From Candidatus Poribacteria bacterium (GTDB lineage: Bacteria > Poribacteria > WGA-4E > PCPOR2b): a stretch of DNA of 64,000 nt. The stretch lies in NCBI GenBank assembly GCA_965208325.1, contig OZ242326.1, positions 352,001 to 416,000 on the forward strand, given 5' to 3'. The notes under the pieces were generated by a model, which was given only the letters and a program-made list of their open reading frames with translations, was not told the DNA's origin and did no database searches. Positions 29,892 to 40,485 of the stretch are shown one piece after another (position 1 is the stretch's first letter; each line of letters starts with the position of its first letter). The position numbers and the translations under genes were made by a program.

Positions 29892-32579
29892 ATGCAGAAT
29901 AAGAACAAAAGCGGTTATTTTATTTTCATCTTCACGTTTTTGATGTGCCTTAATTCCCTTTTCTTTGGAAACAGTGCCGCACAAGTCAACGATCCATCCG
30001 TTGTCGCGACGGGAGGTTCCAACTATACCATTGATTCTATTCGGGTTGAAGGCGTAGAGTTTTTGGCGGTGACTGCGAGTAGCGACCATGAAGACTACGC
30101 GGGTTACACACTGAGCGCTGACGGGGAAAAGACCGTCGCCTTTACACTCATTGATGGCGAATTTAAGAGGTATGAATTCGAAAACTCGCAGGACACTCGA
30201 TTCTATGCGCTCGGTAATGACTTGCGAGCTGCAGGACACTACCAAGACAGCGACGGTCTGTACCACGGTGTCATCATGGAAAACGGTGAATTGCAGCGCT
30301 ATGATTTTCCGGGTGCTGTCCAAACGTTTATTTACGGTATCAGCGATGCGACCGGGGTGCTTACCGGCAATTGGATTGACGAAGCCGGCGTGCACCGCGG
30401 CTTTTCAGGGGATGAAACAGTTGAATTCCCCGGGGCGCGGGAGACGCACGCTCATTTTGTGAACGCGAGCGGAGGTATGGTAGGCAGCTACGTTGATGCT
30501 GGCGGCGTATACCATGCATACGTGCGGACCCCGGGTGGTAGGTTTATTTCACTCGACCTGCCGCGTGCAGGAGAACTGGAATACTTTTTTGTGCACGGCA
30601 TTAACGATGCAGGATTTGTCGTTGCGCGCGCCAAACCGTCGGGCGAGCTTCCGCTCACCTATGTCGGTACATTCCAGCAAGGTCTAAAGGAATTTAAAGT
30701 TCCGGACAGCGTCAGCACAGAGGGCTGGAATATAAATCAGGACGGTTCTATCGTCGGCCACTACGAAGCGCCGGATGGGCGATCATACGGCTTTATCGCC
30801 AAACCTGCGGAAGAAGTTGACGATGAACCCGTAGCCACCCCCGCCGACCTAAATTTTACTTTTGAGAGTATTGATGTTCCAGGTGTAGATTTTTTAGCGT
30901 TGGCTGCCAGCAGTGACTTTGAGGATTACGCCGGCTATACGCGGAGTCCTGACGGTGGAAAAATTGTAGCATTTACTCTCATTAATGGTGAGTTTGAGAC
31001 GTATGAATACGAAGACTCGCAGGATACGCGTTTCTTTGCGCTAGGTAACAATGGGGATGCCGCCGGACACTACTTGGACAGCGATGGCAATACGCGCGGT
31101 GTCGTATTGAGAGGCGGTGTGTTGGAGCCGTTTGATTTCCCGAACAGTATTCAAACGGAGATTTTCGGTATAAGCGACGCGACGGGTGCATTGACAGGAA
31201 ATTTTACTGACGCTTCCGGCGTTCGCCGCGGGTTCACAGGAGACACAATCATCGAGGTGCCCGAGGCATTGGAAACTTTCGCGGATTTCGTCAGCGCGGG
31301 CCGTCTCGTAGGCAGTTACGTAGATGCTGATGGGATTTATCATCCTTATGCGCGTACACCCGCGGGTAGGTTCATATCCATTGACCTTCCCGGTGCGGCA
31401 ACTCTGGAGTACATGTTCTTGCACGGCATCAATGATGTAGGGACTATGGTTGGTAGATCTAAACGGATAGGAGACCTCCCGCGCACTCATGTCGGCACAT
31501 TCCGGGACGGGCTGCAGCAACTGAGGTTTCCGAATAGCGTTTTCACGGAGGGCTATAATATCAACCAGGATGGCTCTGTGGTGGGTCACTATCAATCAGC
31601 GGATGGGCGCGTACACGGCTTTATCGCAAGGCCCGTTGACAAAGCAGACAGCGACTATTTTGGAAACGTTTACAATGTCACTCTGGATAAAGGTTTAAAT
31701 ATGATATCCGTGCCCTTGGCGCCGCCAGCGCCAATGAGCGCTAAGTCGCTCGCTGGACTGACCGGGGCGACAACCGTAATTACGCTCGACGCACCTAACC
31801 AGCGTTTTATCGCATGGACGCCGGGCGCGCCCGATGACGGGTTTCCAATTGAGGGCGGCGGCGGGTATATCGTAAATGTGCCTGAAACTCGCCAATTTGC
31901 CTTCGTCGGAGCGCCCTGGACAAATAGAGCGGAGGCTGCCGCTGCGCCGCCTGCAATATCCGCAGAGGCGGTGCAGGAACATGAAGCGTGGGCATTCGTG
32001 GTTAGTGGTCGGTTGCAAGGGGTTCCCCCTCACGATGGCTATCAAGTAACCGTGCGTAATCTACGAACAGATAACACCATAACCGCGTTTGTGCAGGGTG
32101 ATTACTTCGCGGCTGCAACCGCCGACTTGTCGCGCCGCAGCGTTGTTCAAGTCGGTGACGTGGTTGAGTTGCGGGTCATCGGTCCGAGCGGGAATGTCGA
32201 ATCACCGACCCTCAATTACAAAGTGGCCCCTGAACACCTGGCAGACGCCGTAATGTCCGTTAATCTTGACGGCGTCGGAAAACCAAAGCTGACCCAGCTG
32301 TTGCAGAACTACCCGAATCCGTTCAACCCGGAGACGTGGATTCCGTATCAACTCTCGGAAGACAGCCCTGTATCTTTATCAATTTATGATTCCACCGGTA
32401 AGTTGGTTCGTACGCTTTCGCTCGGTTTTCAATCCGCGGGATATTACAATGGTCGGGACCGCGCTGCATATTGGGATGGAAAATCCGAGACTGGAGAGCG
32501 GGTTGCGAGTGGGGTATACTACTATCATCTCAATGCGGGCAGCTTTACAACGGCAAAACGCATGGTCATCTTGAAGTAG
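29892..32579 (+). CDS. secreted repeat protein (two modules) with T9SS-like C-terminal domain
   Basis: Same architecture as 25030-27723. Confidence 0.85.
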   Translation: MQNKNKSGYFIFIFTFLMCLNSLFFGNSAAQVNDPSVVATGGSNYTIDSIRVEGVEFLAVTASSDHEDYAGYTLSADGEKTVAFTLIDGEFKRYEFENSQDTRFYALGNDLRAAGHYQDSDGLYHGVIMENGELQRYDFPGAVQTFIYGISDATGVLTGNWIDEAGVHRGFSGDETVEFPGARETHAHFVNASGGMVGSYVDAGGVYHAYVRTPGGRFISLDLPRAGELEYFFVHGINDAGFVVARAKPSGELPLTYVGTFQQGLKEFKVPDSVSTEGWNINQDGSIVGHYEAPDGRSYGFIAKPAEEVDDEPVATPADLNFTFESIDVPGVDFLALAASSDFEDYAGYTRSPDGGKIVAFTLINGEFETYEYEDSQDTRFFALGNNGDAAGHYLDSDGNTRGVVLRGGVLEPFDFPNSIQTEIFGISDATGALTGNFTDASGVRRGFTGDTIIEVPEALETFADFVSAGRLVGSYVDADGIYHPYARTPAGRFISIDLPGAATLEYMFLHGINDVGTMVGRSKRIGDLPRTHVGTFRDGLQQLRFPNSVFTEGYNINQDGSVVGHYQSADGRVHGFIARPVDKADSDYFGNVYNVTLDKGLNMISVPLAPPAPMSAKSLAGLTGATTVITLDAPNQRFIAWTPGAPDDGFPIEGGGGYIVNVPETRQFAFVGAPWTNRAEAAAAPPAISAEAVQEHEAWAFVVSGRLQGVPPHDGYQVTVRNLRTDNTITAFVQGDYFAAATADLSRRSVVQVGDVVELRVIGPSGNVESPTLNYKVAPEHLADAVMSVNLDGVGKPKLTQLLQNYPNPFNPETWIPYQLSEDSPVSLSIYDSTGKLVRTLSLGFQSAGYYNGRDRAAYWDGKSETGERVASGVYYYHLNAGSFTTAKRMVILK

Positions 32580-32643
32580 TTACCCCATTATCAGCTGCGG
32601 ATTTCGAGATCGTTTACCCGCATTCAATGGGAGACCAAATCCT

Positions 32644-33711
32644 ATGCCTGAAATACCCAAACCGATATTGATTCAAAAGGACGAACTTCGTGAATTCGTT
32701 GGAACGCTGTATCAGAAGACTGGCGTACCGCAAGATCACGCCAACCTAATGGCAGATTTACAAGTCGAAACCGATTTGCGAGGCGTGTTTTCGCACGGTA
32801 CGCGTGCGGTTCCAGGGTACATCGAGAAGCTTCTTGATGGCAAAATAAACCCGACGCCGCGGTTCGAAATTGTCAAAGAGGCGCCCAGCACCGCTGTCAT
32901 TGACGGAGACAATGCATTAGGGCATGTCCCCTCCGCGAAGGCGATGGAAATGGCCATCGAAAAAGCCAAATCTATGGGAATCGGCGCCGTAGGTGTCTGC
33001 AACGCTGGGCACTTCGGCGCCGCAGCGTGCTACGGAATGATGGCTGTCCGCGAAAAAATGATCGGCTTTGCCACAACAAGTACAGCGATGCGGAGCGTCG
33101 TCGCACCCGGCGGTGCAACGCCCGTAGTCGGTAACGTGGCGCTCTGCTACGCCTACCCGTCCCGAACCGAACAACCCGTGGTGCTCGACATGGCGTGCGG
33201 CATCTCGGCCTGGAATAGGATTGAAACCATGCGCATGTACAATATCCATATCCCGATGGACTGGATGTTGGACATAAATGGGAAACCGACCAACGATCCG
33301 AGCAAGGGAGAGATGCTCAAACCTGCTGCAGGTCCAAAAGGTTACGGTTTGGCGATGGCTATGACGGCCCTCGCGGGCCCTCTAATTGGCGGCATGATGG
33401 GCTGTCATAAGGACGCTGGTCCATCTGAACACTTTTTCATAGCGTTCAACGTCTCTAGTTTCACCGACTACGATGATTTCATACGTGAAATGGACAGGTC
33501 GGTTCGCACGGTGAAAACTTCAAAGACTGTTGACGGCGTGGACCGGGTTTACCTGCCGGGCGAAATTGAATGGGAAAACTACGAACCGTGGAGCGACTAC
33601 GGGATTCCGCTCCACAAAGACCACTTGAGCGCGCTAGCGGAGACCGCCGAAAAACTCGGCGTTGATGTGTTTTGGGATGTGGGGGGAATAACCGCAGCGG
33701 GAACTCGTTGA
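32644..33711 (+). CDS. Ldh_2 family oxidoreductase (malate/L-lactate/sulfolactate dehydrogenase-like)
   Basis: DLRGVFSHG, GHFGAA, VLDMA, GPKGYGL, VYLPGE. Confidence 0.9.
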   Translation: MPEIPKPILIQKDELREFVGTLYQKTGVPQDHANLMADLQVETDLRGVFSHGTRAVPGYIEKLLDGKINPTPRFEIVKEAPSTAVIDGDNALGHVPSAKAMEMAIEKAKSMGIGAVGVCNAGHFGAAACYGMMAVREKMIGFATTSTAMRSVVAPGGATPVVGNVALCYAYPSRTEQPVVLDMACGISAWNRIETMRMYNIHIPMDWMLDINGKPTNDPSKGEMLKPAAGPKGYGLAMAMTALAGPLIGGMMGCHKDAGPSEHFFIAFNVSSFTDYDDFIREMDRSVRTVKTSKTVDGVDRVYLPGEIEWENYEPWSDYGIPLHKDHLSALAETAEKLGVDVFWDVGGITAAGTR

Positions 33712-33763
33712 CTTAGACGAATTCCTCCTTCTTGCCAAGATGAAGGTAAAGGGGATTTCGTCT

Positions 33764-34573
33764 TCAAACGCCATCCGACACCGAAGGTACGTTATCTTGA
33801 CAATAGACGGGCCGGAAGAGCGTGCGTCTTTTGAACGGCATTTCGGCAAGGTGTGCCGGGTGAGGCTCCCACTTGTGCCACTTGTTGCCAATCACGTTGT
33901 AGCAGTTGAATATGGCGACCCGGTCGGCAGTATCGTCCTCCCAACGGGCGCCTGAGTGAGTGATCGCCTCGGTAAAGAACAACACCGACCCTGCCGGGCA
34001 AGAATAATCCTCCCACAAGGGGCAATCCCGATTCTCAGTCGTTTTTGGCGGTGGAAATGCCGCTTTGTGGCTTCCGTTCAAAAACATAGTGCCGCCGCCG
34101 CGTTTTTTCACTGGGTTCAGCTCCCATACAACTCGCGTCAAACCACTGTGTACCTTGTCCGGATGCATATGATAGGTGTGTGAGTTTCCGGGAAAGTTGT
34201 GCATACCGCGTCCGCCATGAGGTCTAAAGTGGTCTTGGCCTTTGGCTCGAATCGTCAAAAACGTACCCTCCAAGCGAAAACCGTAGCACTCCTCGTTCGA
34301 ATAGCCGGACGCGACAAATTCGTTCATGAATCCCAAGACAGCTGGGTGATCTGTGAGTCTTTCGAGCGGACCGCCGATGGACGAACGGTGAGGCTCTGGA
34401 ATTGACTCGGGCTCTCTCTGCAGACGGTAACAAAACTCCCGCATCTCGACAACCTCATCGTCGTTCAGCACGCCGGGCAGAGCTATCCAGCCCCGTGTGT
34501 CGAAGATAAACTTCTGCTCTTCGGTAAACTCAATTGCCGGCGTTCCAACGGCGTTTGTCGAGGGCATAACCAT
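33764..34573 (-). CDS. phytanoyl-CoA dioxygenase (PhyH) family protein
   Basis: FIFDTRGW, PHGG, GSHK, FTEAITH. Confidence 0.85.
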   Translation of the reverse strand: MVMPSTNAVGTPAIEFTEEQKFIFDTRGWIALPGVLNDDEVVEMREFCYRLQREPESIPEPHRSSIGGPLERLTDHPAVLGFMNEFVASGYSNEECYGFRLEGTFLTIRAKGQDHFRPHGGRGMHNFPGNSHTYHMHPDKVHSGLTRVVWELNPVKKRGGGTMFLNGSHKAAFPPPKTTENRDCPLWEDYSCPAGSVLFFTEAITHSGARWEDDTADRVAIFNCYNVIGNKWHKWEPHPAHLAEMPFKRRTLFRPVYCQDNVPSVSDGV

Positions 34574-34677
34574 AAAAATAGCCTTCCATTTATTTGTGTT
34601 TCATTGACGACTTACAATTAGACGAATTACAATTACGGATTAAGGGCGGATGGCTTTTGTAGCTCGCCTACCTTCAA

Positions 34678-35565
34678 TCATACGCCCCACCGCTTCCGCA
34701 TCTTCTCCATCGGCACGGTTTCGCCCTGCATCCAAGCATAATGCGCAATCGGCTCATCTCCGATCCAACGTTCATCAACCGGTTCATCCGCGCGTTGGAA
34801 GCGTGTGTCAGCGCTAAGGCGGTAACGGTTCGTTGTGTTGTCCAGCGATCCGTGCATCGTGAACATGCCGAAAATTAACACATCTCCCATCTTAAATGAA
34901 CTCGTACCCCACTGCCCGCCGTAACGGTCAACTAATTCGATTGGATCATTCGAGAACGAGCCGGTCACATTGTCACGATCCACATCCATCTCGCCGTAAG
35001 TCTGTTTAATTAAATCAAAACGGTGGGAACCGACAAGAATCGCCAAAGGGCCCATCTCAAGCGGCAGGTCGCCAATTGGCGTCCAGCAGGTTACGACATG
35101 TTGCGTCCCGCGTCCCATGTAAACGATGTCGTAATGTGCACCGGTGAAGCCGCTCGGCTGTACCACGCGCAGCCATTTATAATCGTACGTGATGACGGGT
35201 GCACCGAAGAAATCTACAAAAAAACCCAAAACTTCAGGGGATTCGACCAGATTCAAAAATTCCGGTTGGTGGGTGACGGCGCTATTGCCGCCCATAAACA
35301 TGCCGCGCTTGCCTTCCGCCGGAATCCCGTCTGATACCGGATGCGCACGGTCGAGTTGCTCGTTCTCGTCCAGCTTCCTGAGCAGAAATCGGCGGGTTGC
35401 CTTGACGTTTTCCGGGTCGTACAATCCGCGAATTAACAGATATCCATCAGCCTTAAACCTAGCATACAGCTCCTCGCGGTCGCCGAGTACGCCATTTGCT
35501 TCTCGCAACCATCCAAGGTACTTCCCGCCCATTTCCATCTCTATTTTGTTCATCGTGAGAATCAC
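34678..35565 (-). CDS. phytanoyl-CoA dioxygenase (PhyH) family protein
   Basis: TGAHYD (HxD), GSHR, TMHGS, RLSADTRFQ. Confidence 0.9.
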   Translation of the reverse strand: MILTMNKIEMEMGGKYLGWLREANGVLGDREELYARFKADGYLLIRGLYDPENVKATRRFLLRKLDENEQLDRAHPVSDGIPAEGKRGMFMGGNSAVTHQPEFLNLVESPEVLGFFVDFFGAPVITYDYKWLRVVQPSGFTGAHYDIVYMGRGTQHVVTCWTPIGDLPLEMGPLAILVGSHRFDLIKQTYGEMDVDRDNVTGSFSNDPIELVDRYGGQWGTSSFKMGDVLIFGMFTMHGSLDNTTNRYRLSADTRFQRADEPVDERWIGDEPIAHYAWMQGETVPMEKMRKRWGV

Positions 35566-35712
35566 GTCAAATCTCCGTTTTTCTCCGTTAGAAATACGTT
35601 AGCCAACCGTTAATCAACCCGTAATTCGTCCGCTAAAAATTTAATGCTGTGAACACTTGAAATAGTCAGTGCCATGTCAGAAATTTGCGCGGTTGCTTAA
35701 TGTAATCAATCA

Positions 35713-35741
35713 TTGACAAATTTCCAAAATTATATTACCAT
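35713..35741 (+). promoter_or_regulatory. sigma70-like promoter
   Basis: TTGACA-17-TACCAT upstream of 35782. Confidence 0.55.
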
Positions 35742-35781
35742 CGAATCATAAAGCACACAACAAGAAAAAAGGGAAGGCATC

Positions 35782-38154
35782 ATGTATCGCCAGAGGCATC
35801 TTGTTATTGTTAACCTGATAATGGTCGTTGTGCTAACGAGTTCCTGCGGCATCGGGCGAGTTTTTGAACCCCTTGTATTCAATTCCTATGAGTCTCGGAT
35901 GCAATCGGTCATTGAGCAAGGCACGGTTGTTAAAAATTACTTGAAAAGCCTTGAACGTGCGCTTCGGGATGGTGATGACCGCACTATCGCACTATTGGCG
36001 CCCGAAGCCATCCGTTCGTTTCCACCCTGTGAGGAAGAAATAGAACGCCGGACTGATCTGCCTGGTGTGGAAATTATCCGTTGGGAATCAACGCCGGGAA
36101 ATGGAGGAGGCAATCCTTGGGTAAACCTAGCAGACCACTGGGGAAGCGGATCAATAATATCGAAGAGTTCGTTTAACATGATTCACCTCAACATAATCAG
36201 CGGCGACATCTGCGAGCCAGAAATCCGCATTAGCATACAGGGCATTGATACCGCGGGAAGACACCGCCAAGATGTCAGTTATATGCGGCTCAAGGTAGAT
36301 TTCTCCGGGCACGCCGCTGTCATTCGAGACAGCCTAAAATTTGTTTCCCATTCGCTTATACGCACCGGAGATACGCTATTTAAAGACGAAACGGAGAAAC
36401 GGGGACTGGTATTTCAGCCGCCCAACGTTCCATTTCGGGACGACCTAAAATTTGCGCCCTTTACGGCTACGGGTGGTGGAGTCGCCGTCGCTGATGTAGA
36501 TGGGGACGGATGGGACGATGTATACCTCATCGGCAGCGCGCCGAACACAAGTAGATTTTATAAGAATATTGGTGCCGGATACTTTGAGGAGGCGACAGCG
36601 AGTTCCGGATTAGCAAACCCCCAAGATATGGCTATGGCTGCTGCCATTGGCGACGTTGACCGAGACGCTGATTTGGATATTGTTGTAACGCACGGTTTTG
36701 CGCCGCCTACACTCTTCCGTAACCGCGGCGATACGGTGTTCATTCGTGAGCCGTTCGCGTCTTCAAATGGGCAAACCGAAGAGGGTGCCGCGACGCCCTC
36801 GTTGGTTGATGTCGATAACGACGGGGACCTCGACCTGTATGTTGCATACTACGGTCCGGTGTCAGAATACGTACCGGACACGATATACATTGGACTTAAC
36901 GGTGTTCAAGACCGCCTCTACATCAATGATGGCGCAGGGAATTTCACGGAAGAGGCGCGAAGCCGGGGGATTACCGATTCGCGATGGACATTTCAAGGCG
37001 CATTTGCTGATTTCGATGAGGACGGCGATGCCGATCTTTACCAAATTAACGATTTTGGACGCAACACGCTCTATCTGAATGACGGGACGGGGAATTTTAC
37101 GGATTGCACCCGCGACTGGGCGGGAACTGAAGCCTTTGGGTTCGGTATGAGCGGCAGTTGGGGCGACTTCAATGCGGACGGCAATCTCGATATGTATATC
37201 GCCGGCATTGCTTCAGGCGTGCAATGGTTCGCGGAACAGACCGATGTTATGCGATTTTACCTTCTAAACGCGAAGCGGAGCCGCTACTTGCCGCCCGCGC
37301 AAGTTGACCGCATAACAGCGGAACTTGAACCCTATATGATTTCCGCCGATCATCTGGGCGATTCCTTGCCCGCAATTCGCCAGCGATACTTCCAAGGAAA
37401 TGTCTTGCTTCGGCGCAACGGCAACGGATTTGATAACATCAGCCAACCATCCGGTACAGAATATGGCGAATGGGCATGGGGTTCAGGGTTTGTTGACTTT
37501 CAAAACGACGGACTAGTTGACCTTTACACAACCAACGGTTTTATTACGGGCGAGAAAAAAGACGATCTCTGAATGCCATTTTTCGAATCGGCGGTCCGCC
37601 GGCCTCTCGATTATTATGAAGGCGCATTTTATTCCGCCGATTTTGTTCGCTCCAATTCTTGGAACGGACTGGAAAGCAACTTTGCTTATCTCAACCTTGA
37701 TGGAAGTAACTTCCTTGAACTAGGTTTTGCACTTGGCATTGACAGTACTGCTGACGGACGAAGTTTCGTCGCTTTTGATTGTGACGGCGACGGGGATCAA
37801 GATTTGCTTGTTGCTAATCGGAACGCACCGGCTAAACTATTTGTCAACCGCTGGGCGGACGCTGCGAATAATAATTGGTTGAAAGTTCGTCTCATCGGTG
37901 ACAATGATAGAACCGCAGTTGGCGCCGTGGTTAAAGTTCAAACGGGCAATCGGAAGCAAGCCCAAACGTCCTCCTTGGGCAATAGCTACTTGTCCTGCTA
38001 CGCCGGACCGCTCCTATTTGGAATTGGTCCCGCAACTCGAGTCGATGCGGTAGATGTGGTTTGGCCGGGCGGTGAATCTAGCCGAATCACCGGGATTAAC
38101 GCTAACCAAATGATTGAAGTGCGTTTTCCCGCCGCAGCTCGGACGGACAAATGA
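35782..38154 (+). CDS. CRTAC1-like FG-GAP/ASPIC-UnbV lipoprotein with in-frame TGA (37570-37572), probable selenoprotein of 790 aa
   Basis: Lipobox-like LTSSC; many DxDxDGxxD repeats; a further repeat and the ASPIC/UnbV domain (LLFGIG...VVWPGG) continue in frame after the TGA; hairpin downstream. Confidence 0.75.
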
Positions 38155-38684
38155 CGCTAATGACGAAACACCTTGGGAATTTACCCTGGCCGTATCTGCC
38201 TTTAGTTCTATCGCTCTCGGTTCTGGCGGGTTGCACTCAGGTCCATCAGACAATCGCCGTCGGTGAAATGATTGGCGATATTGATGTTGTTCAACTATCG
38301 GGTAAAAGAGAGAAACTTTCCTCTCTGTCCAAAGACCGTATCACTTTAGTGGTGTTCTGGGCAACTTGGTGCCAACGTTGCCGTGAAGAAGTTCCGGACA
38401 TCAATAATTTAGCGGCTGATTACGGATCGTCTTTAGCCGTGATTGGAATTTCAGCGGGCGAGACCCTCCACACCGTCAAAGCCCATTCCGCAGGCCTAGG
38501 CATACGCTACCCAGTGGTTGTTACCGAGTTATCCAACTTGGCTGCACTCGGAATTGACAGTATTCCGCGGTTGGTGGTTTTAGACTCGAAAGGGAGAATT
38601 CAGCGGATTGAAAACGGCGTGAATACGTCTTTACGGGCACGACTCACGCAACTCGCTCACGAAAACGAACCAAATCAAAATTGA
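38151..38684 (+). CDS. TlpA-family thiol-disulfide oxidoreductase, lipoprotein
   Basis: FWATWCQRC; LAGC lipobox; cis-Pro IP motif; ATGA overlap with the previous gene. Confidence 0.88.
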   Translation: MTLMTKHLGNLPWPYLPLVLSLSVLAGCTQVHQTIAVGEMIGDIDVVQLSGKREKLSSLSKDRITLVVFWATWCQRCREEVPDINNLAADYGSSLAVIGISAGETLHTVKAHSAGLGIRYPVVVTELSNLAALGIDSIPRLVVLDSKGRIQRIENGVNTSLRARLTQLAHENEPNQN

Positions 38685-39408
38685 TGCGGCGGACAGGTAA
38701 AATATCACCGTATCCTTTTCCCGCTGTTCTGAACATACGAATCGCTTGCACAATACTGAGCGCTCCTGAAAATTTGCGCTCAACCCAACCTATCAGAGCT
38801 ACAACCCCCCATCAAATCGGCAAATGCCTAGCCGCTATTCTCGGTCCGGTTTGCAAATGTATTCAAAACTCTGGCAGTATCCAAAGGTGTCCCCATCAGC
38901 GCGATTGTGTCCCTTATGACACTCACCTCCATCGGCAATATTTTGGTTGATTTTGTCATCTCAGAATGCTAGGGAATCCTGTCACACACTAGCTTTTCGG
39001 CATTTCTGGGCGCACGTAGCAATGCGTCGGCTCGAAGTGCCCTAAAGTGTCCTTTTGTGCCCTAAATTCGGATTCACTTTTTGGGACATTTCTGATGCAT
39101 CGGGTATCATGTCCAGATTGCAGATTTGATTTAATGCCGAGGCGACGGCCGCCAATGCGGATTCCTCGAAATCAAATATCTGATTTTTGCGCACGTTCAG
39201 GTCACCAAAAAAAAAGCGAGGCTGCGACTCTTTCAGCGCCCTCGCCTCGCCAATGAGAATGTAATCTTTATATTATAAGTGAACCAGTGCCGCCTGTTTT
39301 CCTGAATTATAAACGATGTGAAATGCATGTGCCAAGAGGAAAAGCGGTAGGTACCCCTTGTAGGTTGGGTTGAGCAGGCTTCCTAAAACCAAGGTCTCCT
39401 CTTAATCA

Positions 39409-39852
39409 TTACTCATGACTTCTCAGGTGTTCAATGTGGTTCTGGTTAAGGACGCTCATTTCGTCTCGCACGCCGCTGATTTCAGCTCGCACGCCGCTGA
39501 TTTCAGCTCGCACGCCGCTGATTTCAGCTCGTACATCGCTGATTTCGGTTCGTACATCGCTGATTTCGGATTTAAATTCAATTCGTAGTTTGCCAATCTC
39601 ATTCCGCAGGTCGCTAATTTCAGATCGAGTTTCGTTTCGCAGGTCGCTAATTTCGGAGCGAATTTCGGTTCTGACTTCATCAATTCGATTCTCTAGGCGT
39701 TGTCCTTGCTGCTGAAAATCGTCGTTTTGCTTGTCCATCCGCTTTTCAAGTTGCGCCGTGCGATAGAACAAGACGGCAATCTGGCCAATAAAACCCACGA
39801 CGACAACAATAATAAGGATTGTGTGCGATGGTGACCACGTGCCGAAGTCCAT
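39409..39852 (-). CDS. TM-anchored coiled-coil protein with tandem heptad repeats
   Basis: N-terminal TM helix; EISDVRT/EISGVRA repeats. Confidence 0.8.
   Translation of the reverse strand: MDFGTWSPSHTILIIVVVVGFIGQIAVLFYRTAQLEKRMDKQNDDFQQQGQRLENRIDEVRTEIRSEISDLRNETRSEISDLRNEIGKLRIEFKSEISDVRTEISDVRAEISGVRAEISGVRAEISGVRDEMSVLNQNHIEHLRSHE
39466..39570. repeat. 21-bp coding tandem repeat, 5 units
   Basis: TCGCACGCCGCTGATTTCAGC x3 plus TCGTACATCGCTGATTTCGGW x2. Confidence 0.9.
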
Positions 39853-40245
39853 TGATTGCGCCTCCTGCCGTACTTCTTTCGCTCAACAAGACATTGGGAA
39901 TGCGTGTAAAAGCGTGTTGATTTTCTTAGGGAAATGTGAGCCCGACATGAATCTGTTTTGCGCGGCCATTAGCTTCACGGCATTTTTCGTTAAGCTAAGT
40001 TAAGTATATCATAATACCAAACAAAAGTCAACATTTTGCGACGGAGTGTGGCTTTTTTAGGTTGGATTGAGATCGACGGAACGATTAGAGAAGGCTTTAG
40101 CGAATACATAACGAGTGAGATATCCTTCTTTAGTTTCTCCCTTTATCAAAACCGCTCAACCAAAGCCGCAATCCAAAAAATACGGCAAAATTTAAACAAC
40201 AGATAACCAACTACTGGTCGCAGACTGCCAACGTAAATTTTTACG

Positions 40246-40287
40246 TTGACGTAACATACAATTACATATATAATATTAAGTAATGAG
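40246..40287 (+). promoter_or_regulatory. sigma70-like promoter (ATTAAGT family)
   Basis: TTGACG-17-TATAAT followed by ATTAAGTAATG. Confidence 0.6.
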
Positions 40288-40485
40288 TTGTAAGGTAGCG
40301 GGTATGCGTTAAAACCAGGTTACTAGCCGTACCGTATGTGCCACTGTTTCTAGCTAGGCGGCAAATACGAAAATTACGTGGTAAAGCCTGCAATCGAAAA
40401 TGAAGAAATCTTAAAAACACCGAAGAATCGAAGGAGGGTCGCTTTGACGATTAACGCAGTTGGTCGCAATCGTGGAAGGAAAAAA

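Noticed and set aside
25030..32579. Diversity-generating retroelement
   Set aside because: No reverse transcriptase and no adenine-specific template/variable repeat pattern noticed
39466..39570. CRISPR array
   Set aside because: Contiguous coding repeats without spacers; no cas genes
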